In this document: positions 26,171 to 39,643 of the stretch, piece by piece | Numbering within the stretch: position 1 is the stretch's first letter | Layout of the letters: each line of letters starts with the position of its first letter | From: Octopus bimaculoides | Taxonomy: Eukaryota | Direction of reading: 5' to 3' | Assembly: GCF_001194135.2 (NCBI RefSeq) | Contig: NC_068982.1 | Span: 45,215,752 to 45,277,013 of the forward strand | DNA length: 61,262 bases | Position numbers and translations under genes: made by a program | Notes under the pieces: generated by a model | The model's database searches: none | What the model was told of the DNA's origin: nothing | Seen by the model: the letters and a program-made list of their open reading frames with translations, nothing else

Positions 26171-26290
26171 CCTCTTCATCATCATCGTTTAACATCCACT
26201 TTCCATGCTAGCATGGGTTGGACGATTTGACTGAGGACTGGTGAACCAGATGGCTACACCAGGCTCCAATCTGATTTGGCAGAGTTTCTA
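26171..26290 (-). mobile_element. 5'-truncated RTE tail inserted in a ~49-bp local repeat
   Basis: Near-identical to the tails at 181 and 39645; flanked by GGAATTTTATTTCCT.. units. Confidence 0.75.
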
Positions 26291-27069
26291 CACCTATTCA
26301 TTTCCATATTAATAAATTATAATTCCTGGAATTCTATTTCCTGTTCATTTCCATATAAATTGCTCAGAATGAAAAAATGTGAGAATAAATGTTGAAATTA
26401 TTAAAAAAAAAAGAAAAACTGAGAAAACAAAGAATGTGCAAATAACTTCTGGTGATTAAGTAACGTAATGATTAATAAAGGTAGTAGATAATCTTAGAAC
26501 ACTAAACAAGTGAGACTTTCAGTCAAAGTAGCTAGGTGTCTTTGTAATTTATGTTTTAGCAGAAGGAAGCAAATTTCACAGATTCTTTGAAAATTTGAAT
26601 TAGAAGGTATATTATGAGCCCCTGAGATAATGTCAAGAGGGTAAATGAAATGCAGTTTATATCTCTTGAAGTAAGCATACAGAGCGAAGGATTTGAATAT
26701 TGGCATAACAGAGGAAAAAATATTAAGCTGGATTACCTACTTGCTTTTTGTTTATCTGTTATAATAAATGTGAAATTCTGTCTGTTTGGGACCCCTACAT
26801 CTCAGTCTACATTTGCTCTACATTGTCATATACCTTTTTGGAATCAGGATGGTCCCAGGATTGAAAATCTGCTTTTCATTTGGCTGTTGACTGTCCAGCA
26901 TTGGGATCAGATCTAGCATGTTGGGTTTTCTGGTGGTGGTCTCACTTTTTAAGCCTCCTATTTCAGTACATTTCTATGCATGCGTGAAACAGCAGACAAA
27001 AGTGAAACATTGGGAGTTTGTAACTTTTTGAAAGTGGGTAGGTGATAGGTGGGAACACACACTGGACAT

Positions 27070-28870
27070 GACAAGTGTCCAATGTACGGAAGACACAAAT
27101 CGGGAGACGGTGGATTTGATTTCACTCTTTGGCCACAGCAAAGTCCAGTTGTCGTAGGATCGTTCCATATAGTCCTCTATTGCTACGAGTTTTCAAGGTA
27201 CACATTAACATAGAATTTTGCAATTCTGTGCACTCCTTCAAGTATGTATGCAAATATATAAACAAAGGGTCTGACATGGCTGTCTTTGGTGTTTCAGATG
27301 TTGATAGGGCCAATGAGGTACACCAATATCTAATGGGCCATTATGTAAGCAGTAATGAAACCGCTTGGAGACTCCTTCATTTCCCCATCCATGACAGATA
27401 TCTCTGTTCATTTAGAAAATGGCCAAAGAGTTTATTTTGATCCAATGAATCTTGAAAGAGTCAGAGGACAAATATATATGTCACAGGCAACAACTCTCAC
27501 AACATTCTTTGACCTGTGTAGATGTGATGCATTCACCGCGACCATCCTCTACTCAGACGTACCAAACTATTACACCTGGAAAACCCATGTTAAAAAAGTG
27601 GAAGAAGAGAAAGCTTGGCATAGCCATCAAAGGGCATCCACACATAAAAAAAAATAATGCTTTAGATTGAATTTATATGGTCCACCCTAAAAACTTTGAA
27701 TGCTACTGCCTCCGCATGCTCCTCCACAACGATCCTGGACCAATGTCATTCCAAAGCCTTAAAGTTGTAAACCCCATGATTTGCGAAACATTTCCACAAG
27801 CCTGCCAACTGTGAGGTCTTCTCAAAGATGGCGGTTACTGGAGTTTAACTCTCTGACACAGCAACCACATGCATGGCTTATCAACTAAGAAGATTCTTTG
27901 CCATCATGTTGTACCATTACGATTTACCAAATCCACTACAACTTTGGGAAAACCACAAAGACAACCTGTCTGATGACATCCTTCATGAAACTCGATGGTT
28001 GCATGGGCCAAGTGTTTCCTTCTGAGATGTTATATATACCAAAGCTTTACAGCATTTAGAAGACATGCTTAATTCCATTGAGGGCAAAAGCTTATCTGAC
28101 TATGGCATTGCAACACTTTCAGCAGAACATCATGGTCTTTGAAGGGAAGTCATTCGAGAAAGAGCATGCAACCTGGATACCCTGAAAAGGCAATTTGATG
28201 AAAGTAAACCATTATTTTAAGCTGAGCAAAGGTCTGTTTACAATGAAATAGTAGCGTCTACTTTGCAAGGAGAAGGATGTCTTTTCTTCATTGATGGAAT
28301 GGTGAAAACGTTCTACTTGGAGATGCTTCAACATTTGTCTCCATTGATACTATCATCGACAAACATGTCACTGTTGAGTATCTGGTTGAATTTCTCAACT
28401 ATTTACAACCCACTGTACTGCCAACGCATAAGTTGTTCCTAAAGACAGGTGCACCTATCATGCTCTTGAGGAATTTGGACCCCCCACCCCCTACCACCAC
28501 AACTATGCAATGGTACAAGATAGATTCTAACTAGAATGACAAGTCATGTCCTAGAAGCAACCATTGTTGCTGGCTGACATCAAGGAGAGATTGTGTACAT
28601 TCCACACATACCCCTTATTGCCTCAAATTTTCCGTTTCAGCTCAAGCACCTTCAGTTTCCAGTGCGATTGTGCTTTGCTATTTCAATCAACAAGGCTCAG
28701 GGTCAAACTTTAAAAATTGTGAGTCTCAATTTACAAATACCCTGCTTTTCGCATGGACAACTATACGTTGCATGCTTTCGAGTTTGCAGTGCTGATGACT
28801 TGTATATTTATTCAACCAACACTGGACTCACACAAAGCATAATTTACCCAGAAGCATTGTCGGCTTCACT
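27070..28870 (+). mobile_element. Helitron RepHel remnant (Rep C-terminus plus PIF1-like helicase) in MIX23 intron 1
   Basis: IVPYSPLLLRVFKVHINIEFCNSV..KYINKGSD, VHLENGQRVYF, GAPIMLLRNLD..CNGTR and QFPVRLCFAISINKAQGQTL..FSHGQLYVA; many stops and frameshifts. Confidence 0.92.
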
Positions 28871-29513
28871 GAACATTTGCTGAAGTGTGCAGTCTGCCCA
28901 AACATTACAGACATGGTGCTTTTCACAATGAAGCAGCTTTCTTTCCATGTACCTTACCTTGTATTTGAGTTAAATGCATTTCTTCTCTGGTTGTGATGTT
29001 TTCGTGAATTCCCATGACTCTGTTGTCATCCAATTCCATTATTGTTAATTTGAATAGGGTGCTTGAGTCAGTTACTCTCTTGATAGAGCTTGGTCATCAT
29101 GACAGTTGGTCTTCTAGCATTCCTCTGCTCAGCATCAATGTAAGAAGCACCCTCGGCTCAGCTGAGCTCTTCTGCTACCTCTTCACAATCTACCCTGTTG
29201 CAGTTCCATGTCTTTACCATATCTCTGACAGGGTGGCTGCACAGGTGCTATACCATAGTTGCAACCCACAACTATGCAGTACGTGGTCGTCACTCTGTGT
29301 GGTATTTTAAAAATACCTGCACAAAATTTTGTATATTCATCTAAACTCATAAATCCCATAATGACATTATGGATTTAGATAATTTCATTTTTCTCTGAAA
29401 CAACTTGTATTTATTAGGTAGAAATTAAAGAGTGGCAAATCTTTTAGAATCTGGTTTGATGTTGGATTAATTGTATTAATCTTGCACCTAAGGAAAATAT
29501 TTTTTCATTTCAG

Positions 29514-29639
29514 GAATCCCTCAAGAAGCTGCGTCTTATTGATGATAGGATTATCCATGCTTTAAATACTACAGTGCCTACAATTACATTTGAAAAAGAT
29601 ATTAATGCAACAAATCAGTGTAAAGTATTATATGAAAAT
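29514..29639 (+). CDS. MIX23: MIX23/CCDC58 exon 2 (ESLKKLRLIDDRIIHALNTTVPTITFEKDINATNQCKVLYEN)
   Basis: tttcatttcAG acceptor, GTAAGT donor, 126 nt, phase 0/0. The IDDRIxHxLNTTVPT motif is characteristic of CCDC58/MIX23. Confidence 0.95.
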
Positions 29640-29840
29640 GTAAGTATGTATTAAAATTTTATGTTTTGTTTGTTTTTTTTTGTATTTTTTTTGTACGGTG
29701 GGTGGAATGAAGAAATTCTTGATAAATTTTAAACTTGTCTTTTATTTTTTAAATTAAACAAAAATGAACTAAGAGTGGCCAGTAGAATTTATATGGTCAA
29801 TGTAGACAAATACAGGTACATGAAAAAAATCATACAACAT

Positions 29841-29997
29841 AGGTGTGGGAGTGGCTGTGTGGTAAGTAGCTTGCTTACCAACCACATGGTTCCGGGTTCA
29901 TTCCCACTGCGTGGCACCTTGGGCAAGTGTCTTCTATAGCCTCGGCATGACCAAAGCCTTGTGAGTGGATTTGGTAAACAGAAACTGAAAGAAGCCC
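29841..29997 (+). mobile_element. SINE family A head, running into a gap
   Basis: GGCTGTGTGGTAAG A-box-like and GGGTTCATTCCC B-box-like. Confidence 0.85.
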
Positions 29998-31289
29998 NNN
30001 NNNNNNNNNNNNNNNNNNNNNNNNNNNNNNNNNNNNNNNNNNNNNNNNNNNNNNNNNNNNNNNNNNNNNNNNNNNNNNNNNNNNNNNNNNNNNNNNNNNN
30101 NNNNNNNNNNNNNNNNNNNNNNNNNNNNNNNNNNNNNNNNNNNNNNNNNNNNNNNNNNNNNNNNNNNNNNNNNNNNNNNNNNNNNNNNNNNNNNNNNNNN
30201 NNNNNNNNNNNNNNNNNNNNNNNNNNNNNNNNNNNNNNNNNNNNNNNNNNNNNNNNNNNNNNNNNNNNNNNNNNNNNNNNNNNNNNNNNNNNNNNNNNNN
30301 NGATTTATTAAAGCTATGTCCACCTATGGGGGATATGTCACAATTACTAAATGGAAATTAAGAACAACTTGATTTGCGGAGGGGAGATAACCTCACAAAT
30401 CAAAAATTCTCCAAGGTTGAAATGCCATTTAAAAAAAAAAAAAAAGTACAGGATTATTGCCTAGAGATAAGAGGACAGATGTAGACATGTTTTTGCTACA
30501 GTAGGCATCATCAGCATGACATTTGTTCTAACGTATCTTCAAGTGACATAGGCATATACAAAAAGAGTACAATACATTTATGGTCTTGGTAATTTCATAA
30601 ATCAAAGGCTGTTTATTTTCTGCTGACTCCAGCCTACATTTCTGACTCATTCTTAGTTGTCTCAATGCCATAGGTCAAGTTTTGGCAAATTAACTTCATT
30701 TTGGAGTACTGGAGAATGAACTCCGGTGAATGTGTTATTTAACATAACTTTTTATATATACTGCAAGTTAAGAATTTGCCTTAACATGTATCATAGTTCA
30801 CTGTAAGCTTGCACCAGTTATCAACAAATAAAATTAGTCTAAACAAATTGACCTCAGTACTTATTTTAAGTCTCCTATTTATTCTATTGGTCTCATTTGC
30901 CAAACTTCTGCTACAAGGACGTAAACGAACTAACATCAATTGTCAAGTATTGATGAAGAACAAACATGCATACATATACATGATGGGCTTCCACACAGTT
31001 TCTATCTACCAAATTTACTCACAAGGCATTGGCCAACCCAACTGTAGTAGAAGTCACTTACCCAAGTGCAGTGGGACTGAACCCAAAACCACAAGGTTGC
31101 AAAATGAGCTTCTTAACCCCACAGCCATACATTTTTCCATGCTTGCATGGGGAGACTGGCTTATTTGTTGGGAGAGTAATTTTAGATGCTGGAAGTCCTT
31201 TTTGCTAACCATTTAACTGTGATGTAAGGGTTAAATGTCGGAATATATGGTGTCTTGGAATCAGCAATGTTAGGTGTCTTGTTCCAAAT

Positions 31290-31738
31290 TTAAATTGGTT
31301 TCAAATTTTGGCACAAGGCCAGCAATTTTTGCGGGAAGATGGGGGTCTAGTTGATTATATTGACCCCTGTGTTCAACTGATACTTATTTTATTGACTCTG
31401 AAAGGATGAAAGGCAAAGTTGACCGTGGCAGAATTTGAGTTCAGAACATACAAATGGACAAAATGCATTTTTCCCAGTGTGTTAATGATTCTGCCAGCTT
31501 GCCATCTTGTTCCTAATTTATATTCTTTTCTGCTCTAGGCACAAGGCCCGAAATTTTGGGAAGGGTCCAGTCGATTAGATCGACCCCAGTATACAACTGG
31601 TACTTAATTTATCGACCCTGAAAGGATGAAAGGCAAAGTCGACCTCGGCGGAATTTGAACTCAGAACATGAAGACAGACGAAATACCGTTAAGTGTTTCG
31701 CCCGGCATGCTAACGATTCTGTCAGCTCACCTGCCTTC
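31290..31738 (-). mobile_element. Two tandem tRNA-derived SINEs, family B; the second (31525-31738) has a 14-bp TSD
   Basis: GAGTTCAAATTCCGCCGAGG B-box-like head; TCCTAATTTATATT at 31511-31524 and 31739-31752. Confidence 0.85.
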
Positions 31739-31832
31739 TCCTAATTTATATTAAAATTCAATAAATTTCCAGTTGAAATTTATGGAAAAATAGTTTCTTT
31801 TAGCTGATTGTTTTTTCAAAATTTATTTTCAG

Positions 31833-31979
31833 TTAATACAAGCTCATAATGACAGGAAATCCTCCATTCACAACTGTATCAATGTGATCTCGGATAATGT
31901 GAATACTTTGAAAGACCAGCGTTCAAATAGTCCAGATGATTTAAATGTATTAAAAGAACTTAGAAGAGTACAAACAAAT
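31833..31979 (+). CDS. MIX23: MIX23/CCDC58 exon 3 (LIQAHNDRKSSIHNCINVISDNVNTLKDQRSNSPDDLNVLKELRRVQTN)
   Basis: ttattttcAG acceptor, GTTAGT donor, 147 nt. Aligns ungapped by eye to human LMAAHASRD..NCI..DDLTLLKQLRKEQTK. Confidence 0.93.
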
Positions 31980-32268
31980 GTTAGTATCATGATTTTAATT
32001 ACATTTATTACATTCCTTTTAATTTGTTTTATCTTTCACACTTACATTAAAAAAAAAAAACCAGGGTGGTTTAAATATGTTTAAGAATCTATTTTTGTTA
32101 ACTTTTTCAAATATTTGAAAATTATTATTGTATCTATTTTGATATGATAGTTTGGTTCATACAAGGGCATGGCTGTGTGGTTAAGAAGCTTGTTTTGTAA
32201 CTATGTGGTTTTAGGTTCAATCTCACTACATGATATTTTGGTTAACCTGTGGCTATGGTGGAAAGCGT

Positions 32269-32640
32269 GGAGGCGCAATGGCCCAGTGGTTAGGGCAGCG
32301 GGCTTGCGGTCATAGGATCGCAGTTTCGATTCCCAGACCGGGCGTTGTGAGTGTTTATTGAACAAAAACACCTAAAAAGCTCTGGCAGGGGATGGTGGCG
32401 AACCCTGCTGTACTCTTTCACCACAACTTTCTCTCGCTCTTACTTCCTGTTTCTGTTGTGCCTGTAATTCAAAAGGGCCAGCCTTGTCACACTGTGTCAC
32501 GCTGAATATCCCCGAGAACTACGTTAAGAGTACATGTGTCTGTGGAGTGCTCAGCCACTTGCACGTTAATTTCACGAGCAGGCTGTTCCGTTGATCGGAT
32601 CAACTGGAACCCTCGACGTCGTAAGCGACGGAGTGCCAAC
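32269..32640 (+). mobile_element. tRNA-derived SINE, family D
   Basis: TGGCCCAGTGGTTAG A box, GTTTCGATTCC B box and a ~300-bp non-tRNA body; second head at 58744-58791 (-). Confidence 0.75.
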
Positions 32641-32779
32641 ACACACATAGTGGAAAGCACTTGCCCAAAGTGCCACAAAGTGGGACTGGACCCAGATCCA
32701 TGTGGTTATAAAGTGAACTTCTTAACCATGCAGTCATAGTTTTGTATATTTTATCGTTATGTTCACATGTTTTTCCTTT

Positions 32780-33330
32780 CTTGCATGGGTTGAATGAGTT
32801 TCCTCCAATATAACTCCTCACTACATCTTGCATTCCTTTGCCCTCTCCTTAGTGAGGTACAACACCTTGAGAGCAACTTTCATTTTTTCCTCCTCATATC
32901 TTCCCTAGAATTCCTTTTTTTGCACTGTCCCCTTCATTTGAATTTCCTGATACATCTTTACCCAGCTTTCATCATCCATATGCGTTACATGTTTGTACCA
33001 ATGCAATCTCTCCCTTGCATACTGTATCTAATTCTTTTATACAGTTTTTCTCTCAACTCACCTGTATTTTGCTATTCATTTTTTTTAACATTAAACATCC
33101 GGCAGAGCATGCTAACTTCATTTCTTTGCAGCCTCGTACATTTGCATTTAATGCATGTTTCACTACAATGCCATACCATACATCATATATAAAACCATCA
33201 GTACAATCTACCCTTTGCAAACAAAGGGAGAATCTCTTTGTTGGTAGCAGAGACAATAGCTCTCTGAATTTTGTATGCACTTTCCTTTTTCTTCTATGCT
33301 TTCAAAGCAATGTCCTCCACTGCTGATATG
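32780..33330 (-). mobile_element. Old RTE-related RT C-terminal remnant
   Basis: KFRELLSLLPTKRFSL, similar to the younger copies. Confidence 0.55.
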
Positions 33331-33654
33331 AGCTTACTTAATTAATAGAAACTATCAACTATGTTTGAGTTTTTGAAGTATCTGAAGGAATTTATTTCAC
33401 AAATACTCTCTCTTTCACTGTGTGTTTGTATGGGTGTGTGCATATGAAATTGAGTTTGGAGGGATATGTTATCTAGGCAGATACGTATTGGCTCTCAGTT
33501 AAGTTCCAGTTAATGGCTAACCACTTCGATCAATATTTAACTTCTGTGTTTACTATTTGTTGCTAGTCACTCCATGAATTCTTCTGATGGGTTATTTTGT
33601 GTATGCTTCACTGGATTGTAAAAATTGTCTGGAGTGTATATATGTATATATATA

Positions 33655-33946
33655 TATTAGTTTTTGTTTGTGGCAGATGTTCAGGTGCAATAAAGACTGT
33701 AAACAGACAGGAAACAACTTCTATCTCATTCCAGGGTGAAAAACTAGAGGTAGTCGATAGCTTCCGCTATCTGGGCAACCAAGTTAGTAGTGGGGGTGGG
33801 TGCGCTGAAAGTGTAGCTGCTAGAATAAGAATAGCCTGGGCAAAGTTTAGAGAGCTCTTACCCCTGCTGGCGACAAAGGGACTCTCACTCAGAGTAAAAG
33901 GCAGACTGTATGACGCATGCGTACGAACAGCCATGCTACATGGCAG
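33655..33946 (+). mobile_element. RTE RT fragment running into a gap
   Basis: VFVCGRCSGAI..LEVVDSFRYLGNQVSSGGGC..KGRLYDACVRTAMLHG. Confidence 0.9.
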
Positions 33947-34805
33947 NNNNNNNNNNNNNNNNNNNNNNNNNNNNNNNNNNNNNNNNNNNNNNNNNNNNNN
34001 NNNNNNNNNNNNNNNNNNNNNNNNNNNNNNNNNNNNNNNNNNNNNNNNNNNNNNNNNNNNNNNNNNNNNNNNNNNNNNNNNNNNNNNNNNNNNNNNNNNN
34101 NNNNNNNNNNNNNNNNNNNNNNNNNNNNNNNNNNNNNNNNNNNNNNNNNNNNNNNNNNNNNNNNNNNNNNNNNNNNNNNNNNNNNNNNNNNNNNNNNNNN
34201 NNNNNNNNNNNNNNNNNNNNNNNNNNNNNNNNNNNNNNNNNNNNNNNNNNNNNNNNNNNNNNNNNNNNNNNNNNNNNNNNNNNNNNNNNNNNNNNNNNNN
34301 NNNNNNNNNNNNNNNNNNNNNNNNNNNNNNNNNNNNNNNNNNNNNNNNNNNNNNNNNNNNNNNNNNNNNNNNNNNNNNNNNNNNNNNNNNNNNNNNNNNN
34401 NNNNNNNNNNNNNNNNNNNNNNNNNNNNNNNNNNNNNNNNNNNNNNNNNNNNNNNNNNNNNNNNNNNNNNNNNNNNNNNNNNNNNNNNNNNNNNNNNNNN
34501 NNNNNNNNNNNNNNNNNNNNNNNNNNNNNNNNNNNNNNNNNNNNNNNNNNNNNNNNNNNNNNNNNNNNNNNNNNNNNNNNNNNNNNNNNNNNNNNNNNNN
34601 NNNNNNNNNNNNNNNNNNNNNNNNNNNNNNNNNNNNNNNNNNNNNNNNNNNNNNNNNNNNNNNNNNNNNNNNNNNNNNNNNNNNNNNNNNNNNNNNNNNN
34701 NNNNNNNNNNNNNNNNNNNNNNNNNNNNNNNNNNNNNNNNNNNNNNNNNNNNNNNNNNNNNNNNNNNNNNNNNNNNNNNNNNNNNNNNNNNNNNNNNNNN
34801 NNNNN

Positions 34806-34844
<39 letters not shown>

Positions 34845-35104
34845 TATAACTCATGGTTGCAGATGCAACCTTGCATTATTATCAGTGCAGCTTCATCAGG
34901 GTCCATCCACTTGATCATCCTGGAAGTGAGCTGAGTGAAGTAAATTTTTGTTAGTTAGTGTTCTGCCGGAGGTAGGAGGGTGTTATTTATACTCACAAGA
35001 CTCTGAAGTAGGAAAATTTAATTATGTCATTCTCTTTTGAATAAGTATGAGCGATATTGAATTGGAAGAGGTTAGCAATCTCAAGACATTGGCATTGTAT
35101 AGGG

Positions 35105-35460
35105 CAGGGGTTGGCAAACAAGGGTAAATTACCTCAAATAGGGTAAAAATGAAATTCTTGTGGGTAATGAAGGTTCATTAGACATAAGTCAAATTATATT
35201 AAAAAAACTTGTTCCTTGTTACAACAGAAATGTTTCTTCTGGCATGAGGAGGCAGTCAAAAAGTTGTTGCCTTTTGCAACAACCTACCTTTGCAAACAAG
35301 GATTTTCCACTCTAATGAACATAAAAACAAAGAGTAATCGACTGGACCCTGGAAGACTGTATCCAAATTGCTCTGGCATCAAAATGCTCCAATTTTGATG
35401 TAATTGTAACAGAAATGGAACATCATTTCTCTAAAACCTGAAGTGAAAATGTTTCTAGAA
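35105..35460 (+). mobile_element. hAT (Charlie/Buster-like) transposase C-terminal remnant
   Basis: CAGGGGTTGGCAAAC end and AVKKLLPFATTYLCKQGFSTLMNIKTK, the hAT dimerisation-domain pattern. Confidence 0.8.
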
Positions 35461-35484
35461 AAGTCTTTTTGTTTCATAATGAGG

Positions 35485-36420
35485 GCATTATGTCTGGGCA
35501 TTTGAGAGAATCCATGTGCTCTTAGTGCTTCTTGTTACTGCACATCTGCCACATACAAAGACTACTTTATCTGTTAATCTACCTGTGATTCCACTGCACC
35601 TCTTATGTTTCCATAGTTTACACTGGGTGCAGCGAATGGAATTTTTTCCAACTCCTTTCCTACATATTGAGCAGGGCCATTTACGTGATGGAAAGAGAGT
35701 TTTATCTTCATTTTTACTAACAACAACTTTGGTCTTAGCATTGACTCTGGGTTTTGTTTCCATACCTGGAATTTTTTCTCCAATTCTGCTAAAGATTTTG
35801 CAATAAAAGCAAGGTCATCAGCATATAGCAGTTCCCACGGGCACCCAGTTTTGAATTCCTCTGTCATGGCCTGGAGGACTATAATGAATAAGAGTGGGCT
35901 GAGAACTGAGCCCTGGTGAGCCCCTACCTGTATGCTAAATTCATCACTGTATTTATGGCTGACTGTCACCTTACTGACAACACCACTGTACATGGCTTGT
36001 ACAGCTCTAACAAGCTACTCCTCTACTCCTAACTTCCTTAGAGACCACCATATAACAGAGTGGGAAACTCAGTCGAAAGCTTTCTCCAGGTCGACAAAGG
36101 CTAAGTACAATGGATTACTTTTGGCCTAGTACTTTTCCTGCAGCTGTCTCTCTAGGAAGATGGCATCTGTGGTACTCTTCCCAGGTACAAAACCAAACTG
36201 CATCTCATCTAGTTTAATTCTATTTCTAATCAATTGAGCTATAACACTCTAAGTAACTTTCATGACTTGGTCTAGCAATTTAATACCTCTGTTTCTATCT
36301 AAGGCATCACCTTTACCCTTATACCAGCTAACTACAACACTACTACACCAGTCATTGGGGATGGTGCCTTTCTGAATAACCTGATTAACTGTACATGTGA
36401 TTGTATTCCACATATAAATA
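35485..36420 (-). mobile_element. RTE RT fragment with PHD-like finger
   Basis: GAHQGSVLSPLLF, YADD and WPCSICRKGVG..CTQC..HKRC..CGRC. Confidence 0.9.
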
Positions 36421-37525
36421 GATTCAATAAACTTTTTTAATTCAAGGAATCTAAGATTTTCCTTTCAAATCAAGGTGGGTAACGTCGGCGTAAATAAATA
36501 TATTTTGTGGTAATTGGTGAAAAAAGTTCCCTGATCTCCTGTTATAGGGTATGCTGAGTGTGCAAATGACTCAGGGTGGCTACTCTTTGTTTGTATAATC
36601 CTCACTATTCCTCTGTCTTCTAGCTTAGACATGGTTTTGTATATTGTTGTTACATGCATGTTTTTAGCCATAGATCTTCTCTTACCCATTAATCCTTCTG
36701 CATATTCATTTTAGAACCTGTTATGTTTATTTTAAATGGGGCACACAAAATATTCATTAGTATACTCCCATTATAATACTTACATGTATGGTCTAGCGTG
36801 TGTTAGGTGTGGCTCTCTGTAAGTTCTGCCCCTTTTACAACTTTGTAACATTTGATATGTGTATTCATTCCACTTTGGCTTTTGACCTCATTTAGAATGA
36901 TAATGAACAGTGTGTTCTGTTTGTAGTTTCTGCAAATATCTGGAAGAAATTCTGATGCAGTCATTCATAGTACTCTATAAGTGATTATTTCCCTTGGTGC
37001 TCGTAGCAACGACTGTTTTCTCTTTCTGAGTGGGATTCATTCTACGGACTAATTCAGAAGTCTCTTAAGCAGTTAAATAATATATATACCATTTTTATTA
37101 TGTTTATTTTGTTTTTATACATTTTTTATAGTATCTTTGCTGGAACGTGATTGTTGACTGATAATTCTTGTGTGTACATTTAGACATATGATTGCTATTG
37201 GTGAAGCTACTGTACTTAGCAGTATTATCAGTTACGATATACAGAGCAAACATAAGGAAAATATGATAAACATGCTATTAATACCATGTATTCACCATTC
37301 AACAGGACACACTGTCTGCAAGTCGTTGGGTTCAGCATATTATCCTCCATTTTCTAATTGATATATAAATTTAGGGTAAACCCCCCCCCCTTTACCCGCT
37401 CCCACTTATTACACTTGGTATAACACTAGTGTAACAATAATTGGGTACCCTCCCAGCAGTATATTGGATAGATATTATCCCTTAGTGGGTTGAATCCTCA
37501 ACCCCTAACTCTCTTGCATTATATA

Positions 37526-37605
<80 letters not shown>

Positions 37606-38692
37606 TCAATAAGTGTAGGAATAAGCAAGTTAGATCAATATATAAAGTATATTAAATACATGAAATACAAAAAGTGTATATATGTATACATATAAAAAGG
37701 ATTATCTATCTGCCTGTCTGTCATTTACATAAACACGCTTTATCTATGGTTCTATATATTGAAAAAAAATGTCATTACTGTTATTCATTGTTTTGAAAAT
37801 CGAACATTATAATGGTAATTGTGATCAGTTGTCTAGGGAATGCCTAGTTAAACAGTTAAGTATGATCTAAATGGCTAGCAGTATGAGCAGTGGACTAGCT
37901 ATGCTGGAATCCCAGAGCCGTGGCAGTCATTGGGGGAGAGTAAAGGCGATAGGGTTAATCCAGAGGGGGTAGGTTAGGGTTAGGGCGGAGAGTAACGTAT
38001 AAAGGAGTAGAGAGACGTGGAGATAAAGCATATATTCAGAAGCTCAACTGAACTCATTGTTAGCTTGTAGACATTAATATTGAAAGGATTTTGAATCGTC
38101 CTGTATTTTATTTTCATATTGTTTTTATTCCAAATATAGAGTGATGTATGTTGTGTTGTAAGATGAAGTAGAGGTTGACCTTTTTAAGGAGTGCAAACTT
38201 TGTTGGAAGATATATGAAGGTTGTGTAAAAAAAAGTTATATATAGGTCTGAAAGAGGGTAGGTGTAAAAAGATGAAGATTAGAAAGTAAAAAAACTGGAG
38301 GAGGAGAGAGAGTAGAAAAAAGGTTACATGAGTTTATATATATGTAGGTCTTGTGTCTGCTGGAATCAGAATAGGACAACTGTTGTTCTGATAATGTTTA
38401 TAGAGGTAAAATCATACCATTTGTAATCTTGTCTCCAGTAAAGAACAATGTCTTTTCCTTAATGGCATATCAATTCCAGACAATTTTTAATTCTTGAAAT
38501 TATTTTGTTTTCTCATTCAGTGTTGGTCACAATTGCCACCATGTGCTTGTCTACCCTCTCTTGAAATAAAAATAATAATAAGAATAAAAAATATTAAGAA
38601 TCTATCTTGCATGGTATTTAATTCTTTTATTTGTTCCGATTCATGGTACAGGCCATTTTGAGTTATTTTTCTTAATGCCTCTCTCTCTCTCG

Positions 38693-38743
<51 letters not shown>

Positions 38744-39140
38744 ACAGAAAGGAAAGAGACTGAGTTAAAGAGTGTTCCAGGCGTTGTAATGGAAAGTTGA
38801 GAAGAAATTCAAGTATGTATTCAGGAAAGGGTTGATAGAAAGTGCATTAGGGATGAACTAATGAAGGAACCCTGTAGGATGGGAGCTGTGTGTAACAGGA
38901 ATGTCTGCAGGTTACTGCATATACGTGCATTCATACAAGAGCATACACAAGCATACAGGCTCATAGAAATAAATATGACCAAGTATGTACAGGATGGTTA
39001 GAGTATGAGGTAAGAAAACGAAGGGTAGAAAGTAAGTTGGGGTGGGGGACGAGATTGTCTGGCTATGAAATCTTTAAGAAATTGGGCAACAAAATTGAAA
39101 GTTACGTCCCTTGCATTTACAGTTTTGAATTAAACATACA

Positions 39141-39583
39141 GGCGTTGTTGTGTGATAAGAAGTTTGCTTCTTAACCGCATGGTACCTGGTTCAATCTCAC
39201 TGCATGACACCTTGGGCAAGTGTCTTCTGCTATAGCTCTTGTCCGACCAAAGCCTTGTGAATGGATTTGGTAGATAGAAACTGAAAGAAGCCCATTGTGT
39301 GTGTGTGTTTGTGTAAATATATATATTGTTTTATTCTTTTACTTGTTTCAGTCATTTGACTGCGGCCTGGTTGGAGCACCCCCTTTAGTCAAACAAATCG
39401 ACCCCAGGACTTATTCTATCGGTCTCGTTTGCCGAACTGTTAAATTATGAGGATGTAAACGCACTAACATTGGTTGCCAAGCGATGGTGGGGAAACAAAC
39501 ACAGACACACAAATACATACATACATATATATACACACACATGATGGGCTTCTTTCAGTTTCCATCGTGTGTGCATATATATA

Positions 39584-39643
<60 letters not shown>

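Noticed and set aside
31884-32084. ORF with a hydrophobic tail that looks like a membrane protein
   Set aside because: It is MIX23 exon 3 read through the GTTAGT donor into T-rich intron.
32269-32345. tRNA-like sequence
   Set aside because: A and B boxes are present, but no acceptor stem closes and it continues into a SINE body. The same applies to the heads of families A and B.
33597-34934. Long ORFs of 300-445 aa (also 23055-23769, 29934-30323 and 58219-58812)
   Set aside because: They are long only because they read through N-gaps. The real parts are RTE, SINE or microsatellite sequence.
37974-37985. TTAGGG x2
   Set aside because: Too short to call an interstitial telomeric repeat.
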